Positions 47,332-56,658 of a DNA stretch of 64,000 bases are shown here, piece after piece (position 1 is the first letter of the stretch; each line of letters opens with the position of its first letter). Below the pieces are notes generated by a model. It did not search any database. It was not told the origin of the DNA and saw only the letters and a list, made by a program, of their open reading frames with translations. Origin of the DNA: a virus. The stretch lies in the IMG/VR virus record IMGVR_UViG_3300022752_004829, positions 1 to 64,000 of that record, one strand, 5' to 3'. A program made the translations under genes and the position numbers.

Positions 47332-47951
47332 GGTACAATAATAAAAAGAACTTAGTCTTCGTGGACTGCGAGACTTTTAATCTTTGCTTAAATTTCTGCC
47401 ATAATCTTCCATGGCAGATCGCTATGATTAAAGTGCAGGGAGATAAAAAAATTGATGAAAAGAATTACTATCTTAAATGGCAAACCGAATTAAAAATAAG
47501 CCAAGACGCAGCAAGAATTACGAGGTATGATCATAAAAAAGTACAGAAAGAAGGCCATGACCCAAAAGAAATATTTCCCACAATTAAAGATTGGCTAGAT
47601 CATGCAGATTATATAATTGGTCACAATACTATAGGATTTGACATTTATCTTATAAAAGAGTATTATAAGTATATGGGTTGTAATTGGCGACATTTAACAA
47701 ATAAATTTATTGATACAAATGCGATAGCTCGTGGAATTAAATATGGCATGCCTTATAATTCAAAGGAAAGCTTAATAGAATATCAATATAAGATATATCA
47801 TACAAGAAAGAAAAATGTTAAAAGCTCTTTAACAACACTAGGTAAAGAAAATGGTATAGACCATGACTATGATAAGTTGCATGATGCTATAAATGATCTT
47901 GACTTAAACTTAAAAGTATGGAATAAATTAAAGTGGCAGGCAGAGGTATAA
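47313..47951 (+). CDS. DEDDh 3'-5' exonuclease (DnaQ/epsilon-like)
   Basis: VDCET, GHNTIGFD, IDT, HDAINDL. Confidence 0.9.
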   Translation: MDDHLLRYNNKKNLVFVDCETFNLCLNFCHNLPWQIAMIKVQGDKKIDEKNYYLKWQTELKISQDAARITRYDHKKVQKEGHDPKEIFPTIKDWLDHADYIIGHNTIGFDIYLIKEYYKYMGCNWRHLTNKFIDTNAIARGIKYGMPYNSKESLIEYQYKIYHTRKKNVKSSLTTLGKENGIDHDYDKLHDAINDLDLNLKVWNKLKWQAEV

Positions 47952-47952
47952 A

Positions 47953-48168
47953 ATGGCATCATTAGATGATATTTATGATATGGTTCAAAAATTAGATGAT
48001 TCTAATATAGAATATCTTTTAATTACAATCCAAAAAGGTAAAAAGAATGGTAAGGCGGATGTCTTTTATTCTTTAAAAGATAAAAATTCAATGAAAATAC
48101 TAACTCATGGATTAAATCAATTTAGTAAAGAAGTAGATAGGTTAGATGATGAAGGAAAATTTGAATAA
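47953..48168 (+). CDS. hypothetical protein
   Basis: 71-aa ORF within the operon. Confidence 0.55.
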   Translation: MASLDDIYDMVQKLDDSNIEYLLITIQKGKKNGKADVFYSLKDKNSMKILTHGLNQFSKEVDRLDDEGKFE

Positions 48169-50743
48169 TATTTTAGACGATAAAGATTTTTTTTCTAAAT
48201 TCGAAGATTTAGATTTAGGTTTGCATGGAGTAAGACTTCCAGAATTTGATATTGAGTCTTCGGCTAAAAGACATCTTAATGTTAGTGAAGATGTATCCAA
48301 CTATGATTTTCTTAGAGCCTTAGCTTTAAATGGCTTCAAAGATTTAAAAATAGATAAAAATTTACCAGAATATAAAAAATATGTAGATCGTGCTAAGTAT
48401 GAACTTGAAACCTTAAAAGAACTTGGTTTTATTGACTACATTTTGCTTGTATGGGATGTTATTAATTTCTGTAAAACAAATAATATTCCAGTTGGCCTTG
48501 GTAGAGGTTCAGCCGCTGGATCTTTGATTCTCTATTTGATAGGAGTAACAAGAATCGATCCAGTTAAATATAATCTTTATTTTGAAAGATTTATATCTAA
48601 GATTCGAGCTAAAAAGCAGGTTGTTGATGGGATAACATATCTAGATGGTAGTTTGATGTGTGACGTAGATCTTGATATTTGTTATTATAATCGCCATAAA
48701 GTATTGGAATATCTAGAAACTAAATTCAAGGGTAAAACAAGTAAGATTTTAACACTTAATACCTTAAGCGGAAAACTTTTGATTAAAGAATGCGGAAAAA
48801 TTGTTGGTGAAAAAACAGAAGAGGAGATGACCACAATTTCTTCTTTAATTCCTAAGATCTTTGGTCAAGTCAAAGATATTACAACCGCTTATCAGGATGT
48901 ATCTAAATTTAAAGAATGGTGTGATGAAAATATAGAGGTATACAAGATCGCTTTAAAATTAAGAGATTTAATTAAAAATAAAGGGGTACATCCATCTGGA
49001 GTCTTGTTATCTTGCAATGATCTAGAAAAAACTTGCCCAACTGAATTTTCATCTGATAAAGAATCAGTATCAAGTTTTGACATGAATTGGGTTAGTTTAT
49101 TTAATATAAAACTAGACATTTTAGGTTTAAGAAGCGTCTCCGTTGTTGATGATGTCTGTAAAAATATTGGAATCAAAGTCCAGGATATTGATTTAAATAA
49201 TTTATCAATTTATCAAAATCTTCAAGATTTAAAATCTCCACATGGGTTATTTCAAATCGAAGCAGATACAAACTTTAAAGTATGCCAAAAGGTAAAGCCT
49301 AAGAATCTAGAAGAACTTAGCGGAGTTCTAGCTCTAGCAAGACCAGGCGCTTTACAATTCGTTGATAAATATGCTAAATATACAAACACTGGTGATTATG
49401 AAGGTATTCATCCATTTTTCGATGATATCTTAAAACAAACTGGTGGAGTCGCACTTTACCAAGAGCAATTAATGCAAATGGCGCATAAAATTGGATTTAA
49501 TCTTGATGAAGCAGAAATCTTAAGAAGAATTGTGGGTAAAAAAAAGATTGACGAAATTAAAGCTTGGCAAAAGAAAATTGATACAAAAATAAAACAGAAT
49601 AAATTACCCAAAGAAGTCGGTGAAATTTTATGGAAAATTATGGAAGATTCCGCTAACTATTCTTTTAATAAATCCCATTCATTAGCTTATGCAGCCTTAG
49701 CTGCAGTTACAATATATCTCAAATTCAATTACCCACAGCAGTTTTTCCTTTCTTTACTTAAAATGAGCAGAAATGAACCAGATCCAATCGGAGAGATTTC
49801 TAAAATCCAAAAAGAAATGTATGAATTTAATATCAAACTACTACCCCCACATATAATAAAGTCTGATATGGATTTCTCTATTGAAGATAAAGACATTAGA
49901 TTTGGTCTTTTATCAATAAAGGGAATTTCTGATAAATCAATAGAGAAACTAAACAGTTTTAGAAATAAATATTCAAATAAATTTGAGATATTTCAAGCCG
50001 CAGAAGAAGCAGGCTTAAACATAGGAGTTCTTTCCGCATTAATTCAAGCGGGAGCATTAAGTGGTTTTAACCAATCAAGATCAAAGATCGTATTGGAGGC
50101 TCAACTTTGGAATATATTAACCTCTAAAGAAAAGAAATATGCCATATCATTTGCTGAAAAATTTGAATATGATTTAATTAGGATTATTAAACATTTAAAT
50201 AAGTTTACTGATGAAAAAAATAATATTGTTATCAAAAATACAAGGCTAGATACAATCAAATCAAAATATGAGCCTTATTTAAAAATTTATAACCAAAACA
50301 GTAAAAGTGAAACATTTGCGAATTGGTATTATGAGAAGAAACTTCTTGGATATACCTACAATAAAAATCTAAAAGAAATATTTACTGAAAAAAGAGAAAA
50401 TTTAAAATATATATCAGATATTGCAGATGAACCAATTAACTCTAAAGTAGTATTTGTTGGACAAATTGACGATGTATATTCTGGAATATCTAAAAATCAG
50501 AAGAAAACAAGATATCTAAGATTAAAAATATCAGACGAAACTGGGATAGCTACAGCATTAATATTTAATGATAATATTGAAAATAATAAATTATTAAATA
50601 ATAAATCTTTTGAAAAAGGTAATATAGTTATTGTTAAAGGATTAAAGAAAGATGATTGTATATTTGCAGATCTAATAGCTATACAAGATCAAGATATTTA
50701 TATGAAATTAAATGATTTAAAGAAAAATGATAAAAATAGTTGA
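48146..50743 (+). CDS. dnaE: DNA polymerase III alpha catalytic core, without PHP domain
   Basis: GFIDYILLV, GLGRGSAAGSL, FERF, DVDLD, HPSGV, KLDILGL, YQEQ, YSFNKSH. Confidence 0.95.
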   Translation: MMKENLNNILDDKDFFSKFEDLDLGLHGVRLPEFDIESSAKRHLNVSEDVSNYDFLRALALNGFKDLKIDKNLPEYKKYVDRAKYELETLKELGFIDYILLVWDVINFCKTNNIPVGLGRGSAAGSLILYLIGVTRIDPVKYNLYFERFISKIRAKKQVVDGITYLDGSLMCDVDLDICYYNRHKVLEYLETKFKGKTSKILTLNTLSGKLLIKECGKIVGEKTEEEMTTISSLIPKIFGQVKDITTAYQDVSKFKEWCDENIEVYKIALKLRDLIKNKGVHPSGVLLSCNDLEKTCPTEFSSDKESVSSFDMNWVSLFNIKLDILGLRSVSVVDDVCKNIGIKVQDIDLNNLSIYQNLQDLKSPHGLFQIEADTNFKVCQKVKPKNLEELSGVLALARPGALQFVDKYAKYTNTGDYEGIHPFFDDILKQTGGVALYQEQLMQMAHKIGFNLDEAEILRRIVGKKKIDEIKAWQKKIDTKIKQNKLPKEVGEILWKIMEDSANYSFNKSHSLAYAALAAVTIYLKFNYPQQFFLSLLKMSRNEPDPIGEISKIQKEMYEFNIKLLPPHIIKSDMDFSIEDKDIRFGLLSIKGISDKSIEKLNSFRNKYSNKFEIFQAAEEAGLNIGVLSALIQAGALSGFNQSRSKIVLEAQLWNILTSKEKKYAISFAEKFEYDLIRIIKHLNKFTDEKNNIVIKNTRLDTIKSKYEPYLKIYNQNSKSETFANWYYEKKLLGYTYNKNLKEIFTEKRENLKYISDIADEPINSKVVFVGQIDDVYSGISKNQKKTRYLRLKISDETGIATALIFNDNIENNKLLNNKSFEKGNIVIVKGLKKDDCIFADLIAIQDQDIYMKLNDLKKNDKNS

Positions 50744-50768
50744 CATTTATTCATACTTAATATAATAT
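50740..50768 (+). promoter_or_regulatory. sigma70-type promoter
   Basis: TTGACA-N17-TAATAT, then 7 nt to ATG at 50776. Confidence 0.7.
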
Positions 50769-50775
50769 AAGCTAT

Positions 50776-51324
50776 ATGATTTCATTTTATAAACCAAATA
50801 GTAAAAATACTGGAACTGCTTGCAGTTTCACGGTAAATGCAAAGGATGCCTCAATATGGGGATCTTTAATAAAACAATCTTCATGGAACGAAGTAAAAAA
50901 GATAGGTTCATTTTCAGAAAATCAAAATAATCCAAATAAAAGCGTAAAAATTAAATTTTCTTTAACAGAAGCCGCTGGTATATTAGACGCAATAGAGAGG
51001 AATGTCGAATTTTCGGCATACCACACTTCAGAAAAACAAACAACTAGAATAAAATTCTGTCCTTATATTAAAGAAGAAAAGCAAGTGGGATATTCATACT
51101 CTGTAAATAAAGAGGATAAGCAAAATAGCGAAAATAAACAATCTTATTTAATTGGATTTTATTTTAATGAGGCTACTCTTATAAGAGAATTTTTAAAATT
51201 TGCATTGAATAATATATTTCATCAACAAGAAATAGAAAATATTAAAAAATTAAAAAATAGAAAGATTGAAGCTAAACCTCCAACCGAATCTAATCAAGAA
51301 GATGGAGATGGCGAAATTTGGTGA
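50776..51324 (+). CDS. hypothetical protein, candidate ssDNA-binding protein
   Basis: Next to dnaE; acidic tail ending in an aromatic residue (EDGDGEIW). Confidence 0.5.
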   Translation: MISFYKPNSKNTGTACSFTVNAKDASIWGSLIKQSSWNEVKKIGSFSENQNNPNKSVKIKFSLTEAAGILDAIERNVEFSAYHTSEKQTTRIKFCPYIKEEKQVGYSYSVNKEDKQNSENKQSYLIGFYFNEATLIREFLKFALNNIFHQQEIENIKKLKNRKIEAKPPTESNQEDGDGEIW

Positions 51325-53237
51325 AAAAGAAAAAAGTTTTAATACAAACAGATTTTGCCTTAGCGAAAACAGGCTTCGGTAGAAATGCGAAAGCATTATT
51401 AAAATATCTATATAATTTAAATAAATATGATATCACACATTACTGCTGTGGTATGCCATGGAGTCATCCAGAATTAAAAAGAACTCCATGGAAATCCTTT
51501 GGGTCACTACCAGACACACAACAAGAATTGGAATTATTAAATAGAGATCCTAATCTAGCTAGAATGGCTAGTTATGGCGCGCACTTTTTAGATAGAATAA
51601 TTGAACAAGAAAAGCCAGATATATACATTGCGATCCAAGATATTTGGGGGGTTGATTTTGCAATAGATAAACCTTGGTTTAATAAAATAAACTCAGTTAT
51701 TTGGACTACGTTAGATTCTTTGCCTATATTAGATTCTGCGATATCATGCGCTCCTAAAGTTAAAAATTATTGGATATGGAGTAATTTCGCAACTAAAGCT
51801 CTAAATAATATGGGATTTGGTCATGTCAAAACTGTTCATGGATGTCTAGAAACTAAAGATTTTTATAAACTATCAGATTTTGATAGAAAAAAGCTAAGAA
51901 ATAAATATAACTTGCCTCAAGATGCATTCATAATTGGGTATGTATTTAGAAATCAATTAAGGAAAAGCGTTCCTAATTTATTAGAGGGATACGCTTTATG
52001 GAAAAAGGAAAATCCAAATATAAAAAATACTTTTTTACTTTTGCATACTCACTGGGGAGAAGGCTGGAATATTCCAAAGCTTTGTAGTGAACTTGGAGTA
52101 AATATTCAAGAAGTTTTAACAACTTACGTATGTAGAAATTGTGGCGAATATGAAATTAAGAATTTTGCTGGACAGGATCTAAATTGTAAATACTGCGGAG
52201 CAGAAAAGAGTCAAACAACCACAAACGTTAGCATCGGAGTATCAGAAGAACAACTTAATGAAGTATATAACCTTATGGATGTTTATTGCCATCCATTTAC
52301 TAGTGGTGGTCAAGAAATTCCTATTCAAGAAGCTAAATTAACAGAACTCATTACTTTAGTTACAAATTATTCTTGTGGCGAAGAAATGTGTGAAAAAGAC
52401 GCGTATTCTATTCCATTAGAATGGTCAGAATATAGAGAGCATGGAACAGAATTTAGAAAAGCTTCAACCTGTCCAAAATCTATAGCAAAAAACTTAAATA
52501 AAGTATATAAGATGTCTAAAACGGAAAAGATTGAAATGGGTAAGAATGCTAGAGATTGGACTATAAAAAATTTCTCAGTAGAATCTGTAGGATCATTTAT
52601 ATCAAATTTCATCGATAATTGTGAATATGTAGATCTTGATTTATCTCAAAGTCATATCGAAAGAAATCCTAATGTAGTAATTCCAGATATAAAAGATAAT
52701 AAAGAATGGATATTATACTTATATCATAATGTTTTATGTCTTAAGAATATAAATGAAAAAGACTCTGGATTTATATACTGGATGGATCAAATTTCCAAAG
52801 GAATGCCTAGGAATGAAATAGAAACTTACTTTAGGAAAGTCGCCTCAGAAGATTTAAATAAAAATAAACAAATCCCATTCGAAGAAATCTTAGATAAAGA
52901 TGATAATGGTAAAAGAATCTTAGTTGTTATGCCAGAAAGCGCTGGAGATGTTTTCATGATCACTAGCCTATTGCCATCCATAAAAAATATATATCCAGAA
53001 TATAATATATACTTTGCTACAAAACCAGAATATTTTTCAATTTTAAATGGAAATAAATATATTCATAAAACTATACCATACATTCCTCAAATGGACAATT
53101 TAATGTGGTTAGAAGGAGCTGGCGACCATAAAGGTTTTTTTGAAATAGCATTCCTACCTCACATAGGAACACAGAGAATTTTAAATTATTTGCATAATGG
53201 CAAAGATAAAATAGAATTTAAAATTAAAAATTTTTAA
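51318..53237 (+). CDS. multidomain glycosyltransferase (GT4-like with Zn ribbon and GT9-like C-terminus)
   Basis: KTGFGR, RNQLRK, CRNC..CKYC, SGGQEIPIQEA, MPESAGDVFM. Confidence 0.82.
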   Translation: MVKKKKVLIQTDFALAKTGFGRNAKALLKYLYNLNKYDITHYCCGMPWSHPELKRTPWKSFGSLPDTQQELELLNRDPNLARMASYGAHFLDRIIEQEKPDIYIAIQDIWGVDFAIDKPWFNKINSVIWTTLDSLPILDSAISCAPKVKNYWIWSNFATKALNNMGFGHVKTVHGCLETKDFYKLSDFDRKKLRNKYNLPQDAFIIGYVFRNQLRKSVPNLLEGYALWKKENPNIKNTFLLLHTHWGEGWNIPKLCSELGVNIQEVLTTYVCRNCGEYEIKNFAGQDLNCKYCGAEKSQTTTNVSIGVSEEQLNEVYNLMDVYCHPFTSGGQEIPIQEAKLTELITLVTNYSCGEEMCEKDAYSIPLEWSEYREHGTEFRKASTCPKSIAKNLNKVYKMSKTEKIEMGKNARDWTIKNFSVESVGSFISNFIDNCEYVDLDLSQSHIERNPNVVIPDIKDNKEWILYLYHNVLCLKNINEKDSGFIYWMDQISKGMPRNEIETYFRKVASEDLNKNKQIPFEEILDKDDNGKRILVVMPESAGDVFMITSLLPSIKNIYPEYNIYFATKPEYFSILNGNKYIHKTIPYIPQMDNLMWLEGAGDHKGFFEIAFLPHIGTQRILNYLHNGKDKIEFKIKNF

Positions 53238-53246
53238 TATAAATAT

Positions 53247-54425
53247 ATGCATATATTAGAACAATACGCATTAAATTGTGGGGTATCTATATCCAAGCCA
53301 TTTATAAATGAAGAATTTTTTCCATTACCATTTGAAAAGTATATAACCCTACATCCAAAAGGAAAATTCCATTCCAGAGAATATGATTATTGGGAGGAAG
53401 TAACTACTAATCTTTATCCGATCCTAAATAAGCATAATATTAAAATTGTTCAAATTGGAAATAAAGAGGATAATCTTATCCCCTTCTGTTATTCAATAAA
53501 CGGTCAGACTAACTTGAATAATTTAGCTTATATAATAAAGAATTCGCTTTTGCATCTAGGAATAGATAGCCTTCCAATTCATTTAGCTTCTGCTTATGAT
53601 AAAAAAATAGTTGGATTATATTGCAACATGTATCCAAATCAATCTAAACCATATTGGTCAGATTCAAATGATTACGAGATTTTATTTGCAGATCTAAAAG
53701 ATAAAAAGCCTTCATACGCAGCTATAGAAAATCCAAAAACAATAAATACCATAAAACCAGAATCTATAGTTAACGCAGTTTTAAAAAAATTAAATATAAA
53801 TGAAAAAATTACTAATAAAACAATTTATAATGGTGAATCAAGTCATTTAAGATCTATTGAGATAATACCAGATCATGTTCCAAACTTGTCTTCTTTTAAT
53901 ATAAATATTGCTAATATAAGAATGGATTATCATTTTGACGAACAATTTTTATTTAATATTCTTAGCGTATATCAAAGCAATATATTAACAAATAAAGCTA
54001 TTAATATAAATCAACTAATTAAATTTAAGAAGAATATATTAAATATTTTCTTTATCATAGATAGTGAATCAAATTTTGATATTAAATTTATAAAGAATTT
54101 AAAAGCAAATGGAATAAAATTCTCCATTATATCTTTTATATCAGAAGAAAAGATTGAAAAATTTAAAATTGATACAATGGATTTCTCTAACATTATAATT
54201 AAGAATTTAGAAAAAAACAAAGATACAATAAAATCATTCTATAAAGATAATCTTAAGTTTAAATCAAGTAAGCTTCTCCTAAGTCAGGGTAAAATGTACC
54301 CATCTTTTGGAAGCTTTAAATCAAATATACATTATAAAGAATCCCTCCATGAATATTTTGATTTTGATAATAAAGACGATCTTTATAAAGAATTGGAAAA
54401 TTTTTATATTTTTAGCATTGACTAA
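53247..54425 (+). CDS. GT9 (heptosyltransferase-like) glycosyltransferase
   Basis: YITLHP...REYDYW, VQIG, GIDSLPIHLASA. Confidence 0.78.
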   Translation: MHILEQYALNCGVSISKPFINEEFFPLPFEKYITLHPKGKFHSREYDYWEEVTTNLYPILNKHNIKIVQIGNKEDNLIPFCYSINGQTNLNNLAYIIKNSLLHLGIDSLPIHLASAYDKKIVGLYCNMYPNQSKPYWSDSNDYEILFADLKDKKPSYAAIENPKTINTIKPESIVNAVLKKLNINEKITNKTIYNGESSHLRSIEIIPDHVPNLSSFNINIANIRMDYHFDEQFLFNILSVYQSNILTNKAININQLIKFKKNILNIFFIIDSESNFDIKFIKNLKANGIKFSIISFISEEKIEKFKIDTMDFSNIIIKNLEKNKDTIKSFYKDNLKFKSSKLLLSQGKMYPSFGSFKSNIHYKESLHEYFDFDNKDDLYKELENFYIFSID

Positions 54426-54446
54426 TATAATAATTTCGGATATCAT
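54418..54446 (+). promoter_or_regulatory. sigma70-type promoter
   Basis: TTGACT-N17-TATCAT, then 6 nt to ATG at 54453. Confidence 0.7.
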
Positions 54447-54452
54447 ATATAA

Positions 54453-55268
54453 ATGAATCCAAAAAACAAGAAAGAAGAGAATACAATTTCTATTGGTAGC
54501 TCAGAACTTTCAAATTTCATTTCTCAAAAAATTGAAATTAATTCAATTGATGCAGTCGAATCAATAACTCAAATTCCACCAAATATTATTTCAAGAAACA
54601 AATATGGTCTTTTAGAAAATTCAAACGTAAATTATATCTATAATGAAGATGGTACAATTAATTGGCGAAAAATGGTAAAGACAGAGTACCTAGTTCCAAA
54701 TCGTCAAAAGACACAAGAGACGGACGTATCTAAATTAGAAGATAAAGATCTATTAATTTTACTTGGAGGAATTAAAGAGCTCGCTCAAATACGTGGATAT
54801 ACAAGCGTTGAGTATAAAGTTATTTCAGCTTCAGAAAACTATTTCGCTACTTCATGTAAGATTAAATGGATTCCAAATTACGAAACAGATAATCGAGCTA
54901 TAGAATTTGAAGCGCTTGCGGATGCTACAAGTAATAATACAAAGTCTTTTGCTCGTTTCTTTTTGGCTGCAATCGCAGAAAATAGGGCTTTTGTAAGATG
55001 TGTCCGTAATTTTCTTAAGATTAATATTGTATCTCAAGAGGAACTTGGAGATGTAAAGCTACTAGAAGATTCTTCAGCAAATCAAGACAATCCTACATCT
55101 CCACACACATTACTTGATAAAGTAATGAAACATAAATCTATTTCCTTCGAGCAGCTAAAAAAGAAATTAATTAAAGAAAATTTCGAAAATGCAGAAGGTA
55201 TAAATGAATTATCCGATATTCCAAAAGCAAAAATTTTTGAACTTATTGAAAGAATTAAGAAATCTTAA
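54453..55268 (+). CDS. hypothetical protein (possible ssDNA-annealing protein)
   Basis: 271 aa; AIAENRAFVRCVRNFL loosely recalls the AExRAxxRAxR helix of annealases. Confidence 0.45.
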   Translation: MNPKNKKEENTISIGSSELSNFISQKIEINSIDAVESITQIPPNIISRNKYGLLENSNVNYIYNEDGTINWRKMVKTEYLVPNRQKTQETDVSKLEDKDLLILLGGIKELAQIRGYTSVEYKVISASENYFATSCKIKWIPNYETDNRAIEFEALADATSNNTKSFARFFLAAIAENRAFVRCVRNFLKINIVSQEELGDVKLLEDSSANQDNPTSPHTLLDKVMKHKSISFEQLKKKLIKENFENAEGINELSDIPKAKIFELIERIKKS

Positions 55269-56062
55269 CTTAAAATATAAGTTGAAAAGTTTATAGAAAC
55301 CTTACCATTTTCACTAACATTTAAATTTAAATCCTCATTATTTTTAATAATATTATTAAATGTAAAAGATAAAATATTTTCTAGAGTAGAATATTTTTTA
55401 AAATTTACCTGCATAGATTGTATCTGTCCGTTTAGCAAAAAAGATCGCATATTAGACATCATAAAGTTATCTATATCTAAATCAAAAGAAAAATTAATTT
55501 TTATTGGATAGCTTACTAATACTTGATTAGGATAATACTCTCCAATATCATATTGAGGTATACGATCTGTTGATATCGTCATCTCAAAAGAGCTTAATCG
55601 ATTCGATGTTGCCTCATTGAATATTATTTCAGTATAACATATATCATAAGGATCTATATTATAATTTAAAGGCGCATTTACACTAATACCAGTATTCTCT
55701 GCAAAAGCTCCATAGACATCTATATTTGCTCGACATACCACTGGATTCTCTATAGAACTCTTTATATTATATCTAGTTAAATATCCGCTCGTAAAATTTA
55801 CATATTTATTTGCATATCCAAAAGTACCACTTATAGGAGCTTCTCCCGTAAAAGAAAGTAAGGGATCAATATTAGAAGGAATGTATTCAATAGATAATGA
55901 AGATTTATTTTGATCGGTTACTAAATAATTGAATCCTGTATCCTCTAAAGCTAAAGATGGAAATATATTGGTATCATATGATACACCAAAAGATTGAACT
56001 CCAGATACAAACTGGTTATTTAGATAAATATTTTGATTTTGTTTAGAAGAAAAGATAGGCAT
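55265..56062 (-). CDS. putative virion structural protein (tail-tube-like)
   Basis: Rich in beta strands and S/T/G/N; divergent from the tail module; GTGTAA upstream. Confidence 0.55.
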   Translation of the reverse strand: MPIFSSKQNQNIYLNNQFVSGVQSFGVSYDTNIFPSLALEDTGFNYLVTDQNKSSLSIEYIPSNIDPLLSFTGEAPISGTFGYANKYVNFTSGYLTRYNIKSSIENPVVCRANIDVYGAFAENTGISVNAPLNYNIDPYDICYTEIIFNEATSNRLSSFEMTISTDRIPQYDIGEYYPNQVLVSYPIKINFSFDLDIDNFMMSNMRSFLLNGQIQSMQVNFKKYSTLENILSFTFNNIIKNNEDLNLNVSENGKVSINFSTYILS

Positions 56063-56071
56063 TTAATATAA

Positions 56072-56094
56072 TTACACCATTAAAACAAGTGTAA
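56072..56094. promoter_or_regulatory. divergent GTGTAA putative late promoters
   Basis: TTACAC at 56072-77 and GTGTAA at 56089-94, between structural genes. Confidence 0.65.
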
Positions 56095-56115
56095 TTATTT
56101 AAAAGGTATAAGGTC

Positions 56116-56658
56116 ATGGCAAGTATATACGATACAGTTTCTGGCTGGTCTAGCGCTGTTAACTATATTAAATACAATATAGTTTCTGGATCAGATTCTA
56201 GATATTATTATTCTATTATAAATAATAATAGTGGAGCAGGAAATAATCCAACTTCGCTGGCCAATCTTCAAACTCAATGGGATGGATATATAAATATTAA
56301 TGGAACGCTAATGCCTAATTTCTTCTGGAAACCATCCTATACAAGTACATTGAATATTAATCCATATACAAATGTTATTCAATTTGGTAATGGATATCAG
56401 CAAAGAATTAATCAAACAATTAACCCTAATCTATCTGAATTTGAAGCGCAATTTGATAATAGAACTGAGTTTGAATCTGTCTCTCTACTTCATTTTTTAA
56501 ATGCTAGATCTGCAAAAGAAGCTTTTATATATAATGTTCCAACAATATTTAGGAAATCTACTTTTTCCACTAAATTTATATCACCAAATTGGTCAGTTAC
56601 ATATAATTCATATAATAATTATTCAATAAAAGTTAAACTTCAAGAGGTCTCTGCATAA
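56116..56658 (+). CDS. minor tail protein, lambda gpM-like
   Basis: FFWKPSY, QFGNGYQQR...IN, HFLNAR..EAF. Confidence 0.85.
   Translation: MASIYDTVSGWSSAVNYIKYNIVSGSDSRYYYSIINNNSGAGNNPTSLANLQTQWDGYININGTLMPNFFWKPSYTSTLNINPYTNVIQFGNGYQQRINQTINPNLSEFEAQFDNRTEFESVSLLHFLNARSAKEAFIYNVPTIFRKSTFSTKFISPNWSVTYNSYNNYSIKVKLQEVSA

Noticed and set aside
21342-50743. Inteins or introns in nrdA, nrdB, recA, dnaB, thyX or dnaE
   Set aside because: The proteins have normal lengths and continuous motifs; I saw no intein splice-junction or LAGLIDADG blocks.
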